Assembly (NCBI GenBank): GCA_023515725.1
Contig: JALDTO010000098.1
Coordinates: 398,164-462,163, forward strand
DNA length: 64,000 bases
From: Amoeboaphelidium protococcarum X5
Taxonomy: Eukaryota > Fungi > Aphelidiomycota
Direction: 5' to 3'
Positions 12,919-26,996 of the stretch are shown here, one piece after another (within the stretch, counting starts at the first letter, position 1; every line of letters starts with the position of its first letter). A model generated the notes under the pieces. That model saw only the letters and a list, made by a program, of their open reading frames with translations. It was not told where the DNA came from and searched no databases. The position numbers and the translations under genes were made by a program.

Positions 12919-14568
12919 ATGTCAGAAATAGAGACTGAGGAAGAGGAATTTGCTAGTGCTTCAGAAGGTGAAGATTTTATTGACAATTCGGAACTCTCTC
13001 CTACTAGCAACGTATTGGATCAAAGTTAAGTCATTCCGGAAGTTGATCCAACTATAGCTCATGGAACTTTAAGTACTTTATCGCCCGAAGTGGAGTAGAA
13101 TGCACCTTCTTTGGTTGATGAAGTAGATTAGTCTTCTGATATTAAAGAGTAATAATCTGAAAAGTAATAATAAGAGTAACCAAGTGCAGGTGGATGGTCA
13201 AGTTGGTTAACTTCCGCAATTTCCGCTGTGTAAGAATCGCTTCAAGATGATTTGAATGAAATCTCAGAGACTGCCAAAGATATTGGTGGCAAGGTGACTA
13301 AGGTATCTGACGTGGTTGGAACTAAAGTTTACACTACTCTTGATGGCGGTCAGACGGTGGATTTTCGTGCGGCTGATGATCAATCAGTTGGTGGTGGTAG
13401 TGACAATGTGGACGATGGAGATGGACAACAAGTTATCACTAGTCCAAATGGTAGCATTATGAAGGGAACTGAAGTTGTTATTAAAGGTTTAGACTCTGCC
13501 ATGGATTTCACTTCAGATTTATTGGGTAATGCGGTGCTCACTTCCATCAAGAAGTTGAATGAAGTGTAGATTTAGGATAAACTCAAAGATGGTCAAGTTG
13601 TCGGTCAAGTACTATTTTAGAATGGTGTCGGTGCCTTGGAAGCTATAGGCAGTATAATTGGAAATAAGACTGCTAATTTACTCGCAGAGAACCGCAATTA
13701 GTAGAAGTAGAAGAATATGCAATAGAACAAGCTGAAAGGCCGCCGTTTACCTAGAATTGCCACTGTGCACGACTATTTTGATGATAATTGTGGACTTGCT
13801 CATATGCAAGCACTGGAAATGCTGTCTGAAGAAGCCAAGAGTAAAACTTTGGTCATTCAGGATGTAGAGACGTCTCTAGTTGATTAATTGCTATCTCAAG
13901 AGAAGTTGCAAGATGGATGCATTAAATTGGCCATAGATTCCGAGCATTTTAATTAAGCTAGTGCATTTGCGAGTGAATCCAGAGACATATTATAAAATGT
14001 TGGTGTTGGCAATTTCACGCAAGTTGATGATATGGACAAGTATTAGAGCACCGTTCAAATTAAGATTTAGCAGAAATTTGAGTAATACTAAGCCTAAATG
14101 GATAAGATCAACGATTAAGATAATTAAGGAGAGGAGCGGGAGAACGTCACTGACAACTTTACCCGCTAGTATTAGAGTTTATGTGCACAGTCTCTGGCTG
14201 ATATTGCAGAAATGTCTTGTGAGTAGATACTGCGATTGGCTGAGATTTTTCTAATGTCCATTGCGGAGTAGCAGATAAAAGCAGGCGAGCAATCAACCTC
14301 TGATAGAGCCGACAATGTTGATAAATTGTGTTAGAATGTCGAAAAATTGGTAGTTTAGATGGCCAAGCTGTTGGCTGCTTGTGCCTCATTGTTGAACTAG
14401 AATAGAAGTTAATTCATAGAATACGCAATTAGCCACAATGTCTAATGCTCGAAACTATAGAATTTGGAAAAGTAGATACAAAGTGATTTTGAAATCTGCA
14501 AGTCGTGGGTAATTGACTCCGCTTTATGCCTTACATCTATTCTCAAGCTAATGATGGCCATTAAGTGA
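12919..14568 (+). CDS. FAM114A/Noxp20-like protein, 549 aa
   Basis: Acidic N-terminus, GGWSSW motif, HDYFDDNCGLAHMQALEMLS block. Confidence 0.75.
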
Positions 14569-14747
14569 ATAATCTTTGATCATATTTTGATAGACTATAT
14601 GACTCAAGTTAATAGAGATTTCAAGTGAGAATGAGAAAGTATAATCATGTCAGCAATATTGTACTGTATATTTTTAATAATAATCACTCTAGCTCATTAT
14701 AAGTTCATAAACAAGAAAGAGCAATAAAGCACTTGCAATGATCAGAT

Positions 14748-16067
14748 TCACAACTGGAAGCGAACAGACTTGATGATCTCAGCATTGATCTCAGACTTCA
14801 TCATGACCTTCTGAGCAACAGCTGCAGACTCTTTATCAGCAAGATGGCGGGAAGCATCCACACCGTTGAACAGCAACTTGTTAGGAGATCCCCATCCGGC
14901 TCTCTTCACCTTGTTAGGAGTGGACAGCTCCAGGACACGCTTCTTCAACTCGGAAGGAGTGTAGTCCTACTCAGCAAGCAGCAGAGCCATCACACCACAA
15001 ACGTGTGGTGAAGCCATGGAAGTACCAGAGATAGTGATGGTGGAGTTGACATCATCGTTCCAAGCAGCGGTAATCTCGTGACCAGGCGCAAAGATATCGA
15101 CACACTTGCCGTAGTTACTGAAGTAAGCACGAGCATCGTAACGATCAGTAGCACCGACAGTGAGAGCGTCCTCAGCACCAGCAGGTGAGTAGCGGCAAGC
15201 ATCACGGTTGTCATTACCGGCAGCAACGGCGAACAGGACACCCTACTCAATAGCCCGGTTGACTGCATTATCCAGCATGGTAGACTTTCCACCACCTAGA
15301 GACATGTTGGCAACACTCTTGATCAGCTTGTTAGCGCGCACTCTCTTGTTGTGGTCGCTGGCAACGAACTCAATGCCGGCCAGGACATCAGCAGTGGAGC
15401 CATAACCAGAAGATCTCAACACCTTGACGTTGATGATGGTAGCCTTCTTAGCAACACCGTACAGTTTACCAGCAATAGTGGAAGCGACATGAGTACCGTG
15501 ATTACCATCAGCCTCCTTCTCACCACGCGGCACAACGACACCCAACTCGGCGCGATTCTCAAAGTCAGTGTGGTTGACCAAGACACCATTGTCAACAACG
15601 TACACATTAACACCCTCACCGGCAGACTTGTAGAAGACATACTCATCCTTCATTGGCAGATCGCGCTGAGAGACACGCTTCAGACCCCAGTTATCAGGGG
15701 AAGCCTGGCGGTCATACTGCTCATCAGAGATCTTGTACACCTGATTGGCCTCAATAAAGTCAACCTCAGGCATGTGACGCACCTTGGCCAGAGTCTGCTC
15801 ATCAAGCACAGCAGCGTAACCCAAATTGAAGCGGTGGATGATATTGTTTGACTGAATCAAAGACTCGCCAAATAACGCGTCCAAGTGAGCCTGAACAAGG
15901 CCAGGATACGCGCCATCACTGCTGACAGCCATATCAGGAGCCTTCAACTGCACCAGATACTCATTAGGGATTTCCAGCGATTGCTCAGAAGCAAACAGAA
16001 GAGGAGCGAGGCGCTCAGCAGATACAGCGGTAAAGCCAACAATGGCAGCGATAGATGATAATAACAT
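14748..16067 (-). CDS. Subtilisin-like serine protease (S8, proteinase B/cerevisin-like) with I9 propeptide, 439 aa
   Basis: Signal peptide, [24 protein letters not shown]. Confidence 0.95.
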
Positions 16068-16526
16068 GGTGTTATAAATACAAGGACGCGCTACTTATAA
16101 TAAAAAAGTGATAAGGGATAGTGGGAAAGAGAAAAGAGAAAAAGAAGCGAAAGGGACTCCGTTTAGGTACGCAATGTCGTGATCTCTCGCTCGATCAATC
16201 ATCCATCATCGGGCCGCGTCGAATCAGATGACCTCTGATCTCCTTTGTTTCAATCAAGCTCGGCCCCTGATTGGGTGTGGTGCATATAAATTGGACAGTG
16301 ATCAAATCACTTCTTGACAATTTGATTAACTGCATATATTACTTTCTAAAAATTAATTTCAAGTCGTTAGTTGAATTTTGATTAAAGACTTGACCTGCTG
16401 TAGATGCCAATCTATGCATCACGCGTTAGACTTATTGAATTCTGCTTCAACTTAGATACACTTTTCTCTAATGAAATATGATCGGATCACCGTGAAGTCA
16501 AATAAAATGCTTCATTATTTAAAAAA

Positions 16527-18522
16527 TCAACGCAAATTTTAAATTTTACAATAATCACTTTGACGCTACTTAAGCAAGTCAACGAATCTCAATTCTTAAT
16601 ACTTGTCCAGACCAACTCCTGCCGAAGGATCAGATGCACGGCCATACTGCATCAGAGCGCGTTTATTGAATGATTAGGGATAATAACTCACTGCAGACTA
16701 ATTCATGGATTATCCAGCACCAAGTGAACGATGATTTACATCGAAATCGTCGCTGAGACTCGATGCCAATTTATCCATGTCCTCCTCGGTGAGAGATCCT
16801 ATTTAAGGAGCCGTAGTTAAAGAGTAACTCTATTCACGTTACGCAACATGTTCAGCCTCTTCAATCATCAAGAGGCGCTCCTTAACATCGGGACGTTGAC
16901 ACAAATTCACAAGAGCTTTGAAGAATCTCAACAACAGACACCAAACATTACTGATGCCTTCAAGGACCGCCAGCGAGTTGTCAAACCGATTCTTAACATC
17001 CATCGACAGTATCATATTATCAGTCATGCAAATAAACGATATTTTAATGAGACTTGAATAAAACACGGCAAGTCCTGCAACTACCGTACACGACCCCAGT
17101 TAATTAACTTGTTAATCAATCTCATGCGCCAATTGCAAAGCAAAATCCAAATCAGACGGATGAGTCTTTGCAACCTCATTCAAATCCAAAGTCAGTGCTT
17201 GAGGACAATATGAAATCAGTTCAACGAGCAAATGCGCAAGTACCGAGTCACAAGTCTAACTCAGGTCAGTCTTCTTCAAAACTTCCTCAGAGTCCTGTCT
17301 AACAGAGTTACAACGCGTCTAATCATATAATGGCTGGTAGGAGCTTACCTGAACACTTTCCATCAATTTACCCAAATTATGGGCAGCAATGACTTGGGAG
17401 CAGAAATCACTATATCCAACATCCGCTTAGTAGTAAGTTTGCAGAGTAATCTCAGGCAGAGCCTTTGCAGTATTGTACTCGGACAACATCACCAGATCGC
17501 TATCCGGTAACTCCACCGTGGATTCATGGTCGGCAATGATGACGGCGCGCTTTCCCACTGCGGCATAGAGTCTATCCAAGATGTAACACAACCACCACGT
17601 TCTTCTCGATGTCTCTGTCAACACAATGTTCTTACAATTGAATAAAGAGTAATTCAAATTCAACCTTCTACTCGACTCTATCGCCTCCTCCAAATACCGA
17701 CTGGCCAGCGTTAGACTACCACGCATAGAATGGGTCATTGAGATTAGTTGAAGAGATTAGATGCGCCAAATTTCATGCAGACTATTCTACTGAAAACTTA
17801 CCGCGGCTGACATCTACATGGCCTGCATAAAGTACTATGAAGCTATCTCTGGAGTGACAAAAGGCAATAACTATGCAGCCAGAGCATGATGACACACCAA
17901 AGCGTAAAGTGATAGGCAGAGAACATGATGAGTCGTGCTATAGTGATTAAACGCAGCGACAAACAGACTTCTGCATATAATAGGCGCCGTTGACCATAAA
18001 TGCTAGTAGTAATAATCAATCAGCTCGGATTAAAACTCTAAACTAAAGCTTAAGGGACTTGCACCAGACTGATCAACAACGTTCACAGGAGGAAGAGATC
18101 CCGTCATCAACGGAGCCTTAGGTAAGAACGCTTAGTTTTACATCATGGCATTGGCATTTAAAAGTCTAGGCTGCGGCTACTAACTAATAGCACTGAGAAC
18201 TTGAGCATCAGGCGCTTTTAACTATGGAAGCGTTCTCTGCGGAACGGGTGCATTCTAAGCCAGACTGTCCTACTTGGAGTACACCACATTAGATGACTTC
18301 ATATCAGAATCACGGTGAGCAGACTAGCGTTACGGTGGCTAAGATTGTCTCTCCTTCCTCTTACGACTCTCACCAGAGTAGATGCATTCAATGTTCCGCT
18401 TAGCACACGTGGGACACGGATGTCCACCAAGGCACCTAGTCTTTCGCCGATGACAATTATCACACGCAATGTTGATTCTCTTCTTTCTATCCACTTACTA
18501 ACGCTTCTATTGTAACTCTAAT

Positions 18523-18553
<31 letters not shown>

Positions 18554-18653
18554 GTTATTACTAGAATTGCTATTACTCTTTATCTAGCTCTTAAATACTA
18601 TCAAATTGATCAGAACCATCAGAATCATACTACTATTACTATTTATCCATCAT
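16527..18653 (-). CDS. Zn(II)2Cys6 transcription factor with fungal middle-homology region, ~708 aa
   Basis: ACDNCHRRKTRCLGGHPCPTCAKRNIECIY; ETSRRTWWLCYILDR; N-terminal polyQ. Confidence 0.92.
18522..18563 (-). repeat. (TAG)n coding microsatellite: 14-Gln run, 13 codons TAR
   Basis: Plus strand TTA(CTA)9CTGTTATTACTA, in frame within the Zn2Cys6 gene. Confidence 0.9.
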
Positions 18654-19589
18654 TTCAGACTACGAATACGCACAGAGCTACCACGAATGATATATTGAAT
18701 TATTTATTATATTATTTCACAGGTAATCAGCCGCAAATTTAAAAAAAATGAAGAATGGGGACCAACTATCCACGTACAACATGGCACAGGCTGAGGAGAG
18801 TCCGGGAAAATGACGACTGCGAAGTGATGATTCATCAATCAATCAATCAATCAGTCAGTCAGTCGGTTTTGATTTCATACGCTCTTTCACTGGAAACTGA
18901 ATGGTTCAACATCATCGCGCTGCCATACCCTTTAAAGTGAATTTGATTAGCTCTTCTTTACTCGGACATTAACTAGAGCTGAAATTTGAAGAAAGAAATA
19001 ACTTTATTAGTAGCTGTATCACAAGGCTGGCTTTCTAACCAAATCACGCAAGGCGTTTCCAATGGGCACCTTTGCAGAAAGATTTGCATGAGAGCAATCT
19101 TGAGGAATCCCAGCAAGAACGAAGCATTTCTGCTTCATATCCTGGACAACTCATAAGACGTCCAACAAGTCCAAACAGCACGACTTCTTTTTCTCACGAC
19201 TTCAATATCTCTCCAATTTGCGTACTTGTTATCCAATATTCGAGAAGCACAAAAGCGCTCGCCAAATGCTAATAGAGTTTCCCTCAACTTTCTATTTTCT
19301 GCAGCTGTCAACCCTCTTTTAACAGAATCAAACTCTTCGGTGGTGACATGGATTTATCCATCTGCACTCTTGTCTTCGAAATCTGAACTATTTGGCAGAG
19401 CTAGGCGAGTCTTAGGTAATTGCCAAGTAGGCTAGCTCTTAACTGACTTTGAGCGCGACGATTACTAGCGGTTACTTGATTGATGCGACATCTTTTACGA
19501 ATGGACTTTGACATTAATGACAAGCAAAGATAGATGGCAGTAGCAAGAGGATGCAAATTTCTTCGACTAAGGTTAAGCTTAAAGCAAAA

Positions 19590-20610
19590 TTTAAACCGTC
19601 TGGAGTATGCGTCATCGCAGTTGAATCAAGTCTTAGAAGTGAACCCAGAACGCGCAGCATGACGTTCAGTCTTGAGCGAGCAGAGTCTAGATAGTAGAAT
19701 TTTCGGCCAAGAAATTCTAGAAACTAGAATGTGACAGTACATTGAGTAGACAACGTGCGAGAACTTGAAAACTGTTTAGATATGTCGTATTGACCATACT
19801 GAAACATCTGAAGTATTAGCCAGCGAATGTTCAGCATGACTTTTGGTGAAGAGGGATCAGTTTCTAGTTATTAGAATATCACCGCCGCACGACACTAAAT
19901 GTTAACCGAGCTATTGCACAGATTAGAATGTAACAGCGCACTGAGTAGGCAACATTAAAACACTTGAAAACTACTTGAATATACTCTATTGACCATACTG
20001 AATCATCTAAGGCAGCCAGCGAGAGCGCAAGATCAGTGTTGGGGCTGTGAGAGATAAGGCTAGATATTGGAATATTATGCTGAGAAAATCTAAAACTTAG
20101 AATGCGACAGCGCAGTCAGCTGGTAACTTCAGCAAACCTGAAAACTACTTGTATATATCATATTGCCTATACTGAATCACCTTAGGCAGCCGGCGAGGGC
20201 GCAGCATCCGTTTTGAAGCTGTGAGTAAGCAGCCTAATTTTTAGAATATCCAACAGAGAAATTCTAAAGGTTAGAATGTGACAATACAGCGAGCAGACCA
20301 GTTCACCACACTTGAAAATTACTTAGACATACAAGATTAAGCATATCAAATCACCTACAGCAACCAGCGAATGCGCAACATGCGTATTGATGTTGTCTGC
20401 GCGCATTCTAATTCCTAGACACACTGGCTCGCGCGACCTTACTTAGAGTTTACTGGGCGATTTTAGCAGTTAGAATGGAACAGCACATCCAGTGGATAAC
20501 TTGAACACAGTTGGAAATTACTTGGAATATATATATTTAACCATACTGAATTTCCCAAGCGGTCGGCAAATGCTAAGCATGGGTTTCGCCGTTGTGAGTG
20601 AGCAGTTTGA
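19590..20610. repeat. Diverged tandem array B, 174/199 bp units, ~5.5 copies
   Basis: TAGAATG at 19725, 19924, 20098, 20272 and 20471, each followed by variants of ACTTGAAAACTACTT and TATTGACCATACTGAA. Confidence 0.85.
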
Positions 20611-21251
20611 CACTACAGTAAGACGCTCGCAGTGGCGCAATGAGTGGCTGCGCGTAGTTAGAACTGGAGTTCTCGCGGCTCTCAAAGTGACATTAGTTAG
20701 TGTTTGACCACTTTCAATAGTACCATTCTAAAGAGCATTCAAAACTACACCTATCCTCCAAGTGTTAGTGTTTCAACAACACTCCTCATGGTAGCAGACA
20801 CTTTAGTCACAAAATGTGGCTAAAGTATCTCACCTTTCGAGGCTGGCGAATATGCACTTGAAGTAAGACTATATAGAATCTGTAAAGTCTACTCCATAGA
20901 CCCATCAAGGTTTGAAGTGGTGATAGTGTTTTATAGGCGGCACGTTAGTTGATTGATTGGGCAAACGTAGCCGTACGTGGTGTTATCTGGAGTTCTACTG
21001 CCGGTAACAATGTCACCACTCAATTAATGGCCAATGAAATTGGTACCAGCTTGTAGCGCATCCAATAATGTACTTGTTCACCATATAATATCGAGTTATA
21101 ACAGTCAGTGAGCTTCTGCGGGTTTGTGAAGTCGGCCAATTGACAGAATTTGGGTGATCAAACGCGTTACATTTCTCATTTTTACCAAAGAGTCTTACTC
21201 TTTGTTCCAGAAATTGCTCCTATTGACTTTACTAGAGTGTTAATTTAAGAA

Positions 21252-21679
21252 ATGCCTTCGCAAGCTTTCGAAGTAGATGAGACTGTAGTCAATCGACTTC
21301 AATAGGAACTCAATACGATAAATACTTAGTTTGCTGGCTCTGTGTCCGACTTATCTCAATAAATGGCATAGGTGAGATTGGAATTTTACTTCTGTAAAAT
21401 CTTTAATTATTTACCGTTTGATTTGAATTGTAGATTATAAATACGTCCCATTAGTAGACATTAATTTTCGATAGGTCAGTTAACAAATGGTGTGATGCTG
21501 TTGACGACACGTCGCGATAAGCACAGAACTTGGCCTCCACAAAGAAGGAGATTGATGATGCTTATTTATCAGAGGGCGGTGATCAAGTTGATGATGAACT
21601 TGACAAGACCTTAAAACTTATTTCAGGCTTGAAGCGACGAGCACAGCACGTTTTGAGATTGTTTCAATAATCAAAGTGA
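21252..21679 (+). CDS. Small coiled-coil protein, BORCS6-like, 121 aa; exons 21252-21371, 21434-21679
   Basis: GT...TGTAG intron; RSVNKWCDAVD resembles the BORCS6/DUF2365 C-terminal helix. Confidence 0.55.
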
Positions 21680-21948
21680 TCCGGTTCGTTCGCGTCCTGG
21701 TTTATATTCTCCGCCACGTTCTTTAAAAAGATTATGCTGTCTAGGTACATATTGTATTGTTTCAGAATTTTTTTTCGTTCTATTTCATCTTTCAGCTACT
21801 GCCACAAAACGTTGGTAAATTGTGCGTGTTTGTTTCTACGTGAGATTTCCCTGTGTGTGGGATGGATCAGCGAGCATCGCCCAAACATGTGTCCTCTTTT
21901 CAAAGTTGTCTCAGATCTGCAATAAACTCACCTCAAATAGGTAGTAGT

Positions 21949-24900
21949 ATGAGTTTAGTAGATTTATATTCAACTAGAGTAAGTTGTAATGTGATTTAAT
22001 ATTTAATATTTAAATGATCTCATTATTCTAAATGTGTGTAGAATGCCAAAGTTTGGGTGGCCGATGAACATGATGGCTATGTGCTGGCCAAGATTACAGA
22101 GTTTGAGGTTGATCAGAGCAAGGATCTGTTCACTCTACACCTTGAGACTGATGATGGTGGTGTAAAAGTGACATAGTCTATATCCCTGTCATTGCTGCAG
22201 AGTAAAAGTACATCTGATATGGATGTTGGACTGCCATTGTTAAAGAATCCGCAAGTCTTGGAGTCTGTTGATGATCTTACCAGTTTGACTTACTTACACG
22301 AGGCTGCAGTTCTTTCCACTGTGAAAACTAGATACTTGCTTCAACACAACATTTACACCTACAGTGGCATAGTGTTGATTGCTGTCAATCCGTTTGCAAG
22401 TTTGAATATTTATCATTCATCAGTGGCTGAATAGTATCAGGATAAGAAGCGTGGAGAGTTGGAACCTCATTTGTACGCCATAGCTGAGGAAGCGTATAGA
22501 GATATGGTGCAGTACGGCAGGAATTAGTCCATCATTGTCAGTGGTATGAGTGGTGCTGGAAAGACTGTTAGTGCCAAGTACATTATGAGATACATTGCCA
22601 ATGTAAATCATGAGTTTTCTGATTTGGAGCCCAAGTAGTTGCAACATTAGCCTTCTAGTGCGCGGCTGCCTAATACCAGCAATGTGGAGTAGCAAGTACT
22701 TGCCACCAATCCACTTATGGAATCATTTGGAAATGCCAAGACTACCCGGAATGATAATAGCTCTCGGTTTGGAAAGTATATTGAGATTCAATTTGCGTCT
22801 GCATCAACTGCGGTCAGTAACTCTGTGGCAGATTCCGAGATGGAGATTGTAGGTGCTGTGATGCGCACGTATCTTATTGAGCGTTCTCGAGTTGTATTCT
22901 AGCCAGAGAATGAGCGAAATTATCACATATTTTATCAACTCTGCTCTGAAGGAGTTCCATCTGCTGAATAGAAGGAACTAGGACTGCAGGGATGGGATCA
23001 CTTTCATTATCTCAATCAAGGCAGATAAGGAACGATTCAGAATGTTGATGATGCTGCCGAGTTTGAGTCGACGATTAGAGCTCTGAGTACTATTGGTATT
23101 TCCGTCACAGTCTAATGGTCAATATTTAGATTGCTGGCTGCCATTCTGCATCTGGGTAATGTTTAACTTTCAGCGCAAGATAAGAATCAGGATGCATCTG
23201 TAATCAAGTTGGATTTTCATGATAACTAGAAGCATTTGGAATATCTGAGCAAGTTGTTGGGCATCAGTTTTGAGGAATTTTGTAAGAGATTGTGCCGCAG
23301 GGTAATTGTTACCAGAGGAGAGAAGATTGAGAGTAGTTTGAACACAGGCGCTGCCGTTGTGAATAGAGACTCTGTGGCCAAGTTTCTGTACACTTCCTTG
23401 TTCGACTGGCTGGTGGGCAAGGTGAACTCTTCCCTGTCAATGTAGAGTGTCAGCGGATCCGCTTCATAGAAGGTGAAGAATTTTATTGGAGTGTTGGATA
23501 TTTATGGATTTGAGCACTTTGAATTGAACTCCTTTGAGCAGTTTTGTATTAACTATGCAAATGAAAAGTTACATCATCAGTTCAATCAGCATGTATTCAA
23601 GTTGGAGTAGGAAGAGTACGTGAAGGAGAAGATTGAATGGACCTTCATTAACTTCAGGGATAATGTTGGGTGCATTTAGCTTATCGAAGGAAAGCTGGGC
23701 ATTCTGGATCTCCTAGATGAAGAATGTCGTCTCGGCAATAGTGGAAATGATGCATCGTTTGTGTAAAAGTTGTACAAGTAGTTTGAGGTTGACATTAAGC
23801 AGGCGAAGAAGAACGAATCTACTGCAACTGCTGGCGGGAAGGATGGAAAGTCTATGAATACCATGGACCCTAAGCATTACTTTTAAAAGCCCAGATTCTC
23901 CAACGTGTAATTCTCAGTTGAGCATTATGCTCTGCCTGTTGTTTACACCGTGGATAATTTCTTGGAAAAGAATAAAGACTCGATGCCTGAAGAGATTTTT
24001 GAATTGCTATCAGAAACTTCTAATCAGTTTTTGAAATCAATTCTGGATATCAACAATCAGTCATAACAGTAGTAATAGCAGTAAGCCAAAGCGTCTCCTC
24101 AGAAAGCTGGGCCTGCTAAGCGTGGTGGTTTGTAAAAGCCTACACTTGGTAGCGTGTTCAAATTGTCTCTTCATCAATTGTCAGATACTATCGGTTCTAC
24201 TGAAGTTCATTATATTCGTTGTATCAAACCGAATGAAGATAAATAGCCTTTCCAGGTGGACTCTCCATACGTGCTTGAATAACTGAGAGCTTGTGGTGTT
24301 CTTGAGACAATCAGAATTAGTTGCGCTGGTTATCCATCTCGATTTCTTTTCAGGGACTTTATTGACAGGTACTGGCTTCTTGGCATTGGGAAAGACTTGT
24401 ACAAATGGAAGGGGAATTCTCTGAATAGTCATAACGCATAGCAGAATGATAATGTTGATCATTTGAAAGATGTCTGTGTTGCCATTCTCAAGTGTTCTCT
24501 GAAGGATGCTGATCGATTCCAGGTGGGTATAAGTAAAGTCTTTTTGCGGGCTGGCGTTGTTGCGTACCTGGAAAAGTTGCGAAGTGATACTTTGTTTAGA
24601 GCTGCTGTGATGATTTAGAAATCTGTAAAATGTGGTATTATCAGGAAGAAGTATTTATCCGTTCGAAAGAGTACGCTGCTTCTACAGCGTGTAGTCCGTG
24701 GTCATCTAGCTAGACGTTTGGCCCTGACAATGCGCCGCGTGAAGAGTGCAATTGTCATTCAGAAGAATTGGCGTAGATTTGCTGCAATGAAGAAGTACCG
24801 CAGTATACTTAGTAGAATTGTGGAATTGCAGTCGGCTATCAGAATTTTTAAAGCAAAGCGGTAGTTACAGAGGCTAAAGTTGGAGCATTCTGTTCTTACG

Positions 24901-26838
24901 ATTTAGCGTGTGTACAGAGGTCATTTGAGCAGAGTTCTAGCTTAAAAGTAATTGCGAAAGATTGTCCTAGTGCAATGTATTGTAAGGCGTCATTAGGCTA
25001 GAGTCTTGCTTAAGAAGCTGCGAATGGAGGCAAAGTCTGTATCACATATTTAGTAGAAAGCTGGAGCATTGGAGCGTAAAGTTATTGAATTGACTCAGCT
25101 TCTATCCGGGAAGGAGGATGAGCTGGAGAGGCTGAAAAAGAAATTTCATTAGCAGGAATAGCAAATCTTGTAGTTAAAAGAGAAATTGGTACAGAAAGAT
25201 GACAAGATGAAAAGCTTAGCGTAAGAAGTCAAGGATCTTCAGAGTAAAATCGACCATGCCAATAGTGTGCATTAGAAGGAAAGAGATACTTTGGCATTGG
25301 AAATATCGACTCTCAAGTAGCAGAATTAGGTACTCATTCAGGAGGCTCAGAAAGCTGTGGCACCGCCCGGGATAAATACAGCCAATAAGTTGTCGAAGCA
25401 GGCCAGTGACGTGTCGGCTTAATAAGATGTGAACGAGAAGCTTACCGTCGTTATTATGGAGAACCAGCAGTTGAAAGAGAAATTGGCCAAATTGTTCGCG
25501 TCCAATAGAGGTAAATCTGAGAGAGGGCTGTAAAATTCTAGTTCAAGTGCAGCTATTTCTGCAATACCACAGAGCCCTGTAATGAAATCTCCGTCTCCGA
25601 TCCACTAATAGTAAGTTGCTGGTTAACAAGTCTATTAAGCGACAAGCTTGTTTTCTAGTACCCAGGTATCGCCGAGTGATCGTAATTCCACCAAAGCATC
25701 TCTCACTGATCCTCTTCTGGACAAGGAGTTGGTCGATGTTTTGGTTGTACATTTAGTGATGCCACCTTAATTACCACCAGATACTAGAACTGTATAGGAT
25801 GTTTTATTCCCATCAATCATTGTGGTTCGAGTTGTGGTTTAATGTATCAACGCTCACTTGATTGACAGGACCAAGTTAATTCTATCTAATTATGTTCGAT
25901 CCATCTAGTCTGTGATCAAGTTTGAGAATCATCCATCTACTATTTATTGGCTATCTAATCTGATATATTTGATATAGTTGCTACAGACCTTGTAACAGGA
26001 TGTTGGCTTGAAGAAGGATGCTGATTTGAACAGATTTTTGGTAAAGTTTATTCAAGACACTACTACATATGCAGGTGATATATTTAGATTTCTACTCAAA
26101 GATTTGAAAAAGGTATTCAGTAGAATGGTTGTGCCTGCTGTGATTGAGTATTAAGGCCTCTCTGGATTTATAGATGATGCATCCAACAATTCTGGCTTTA
26201 TCAATAGACTCATGGGAAGTGGTGCTCCTACAGTCTTGCCAACAGAGAAGTTGATAACGTTCTTGAACAAACTCAATCTGAGCATGGAGAGTTACTATTT
26301 AGAGGATTCTATTAGAAGGTAGATAATTGTCAACCTGGTATCTTACTGTGGTACTGCTTGCTTTAATCAATTGATGGTGCGCAAGAATTTTTGCACTTGG
26401 AGACGCGGTATGTAAATCCAGTATAACATTACGCGTATAGATGAATGGTGTTCCAAGACTGGTGATGTCCCAGAGGCGGCGTTCCATCTGGAGCCGTTGA
26501 TGTAGTCTGCAAAGTTGATGCAACTGAGTAAATCTTCAGTGGAGGACGTGGATATTATGTTTGATGTGTGCTTCCTTCTCACTCCTGTATAAATTAGGAA
26601 ATTGCTGTCAATGTGTCAGTCTAACGGAGATTATGACAATCCAATTTCATAGCAAGTTATAAAAGCAGTGTCTGACCGATGCGCTGATGATAGAGATTCT
26701 GCGATTCTGTTGGAGTAGAATGAAGACACTGCTCTAATGATGCCGGATCATCTTCCTATATCGGATTTACAGTGCTCTCTGCCAACGTATTTGGAACAGA
26801 AGCTACCTCTCTGTAAGAAACTAATGTCTATTAACTGA
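21949..26838 (+). CDS. MYO2: Class V myosin (Myo2-like), ~1608 aa; exons 21949-21978, 22042-26838
   Basis: [13 protein letters not shown]-loop [26 protein letters not shown] repeats, coiled coil, DIL domain [22 protein letters not shown]. Confidence 0.95.
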
Positions 26839-26996
26839 AATTGAATAAATATTTTCATTCATCTATAGATCATTTGCTTGCTGTTAATTATTAAAGGTGA
26901 CTCGTTTCGTCTTAGTTTTTCATTGTTTTGTTTCACGCCGTCAGTTTTGTCTCTTTTAAGTATCGTATTTCCTCGAGTTGAATAGCATCAAGTAGA

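Noticed and set aside
18960-19440. Coding-like fragments here and at ~1580-2150, ~20720-21130 and ~49150-50050
   Set aside because: Broken frames and no recognisable motif; possibly decayed genes but not supportable
19590-20610. Array B as a repeat-protein gene (174 bp = 58 codons)
   Set aside because: 199-bp units break the frame and differences between units are mostly non-synonymous
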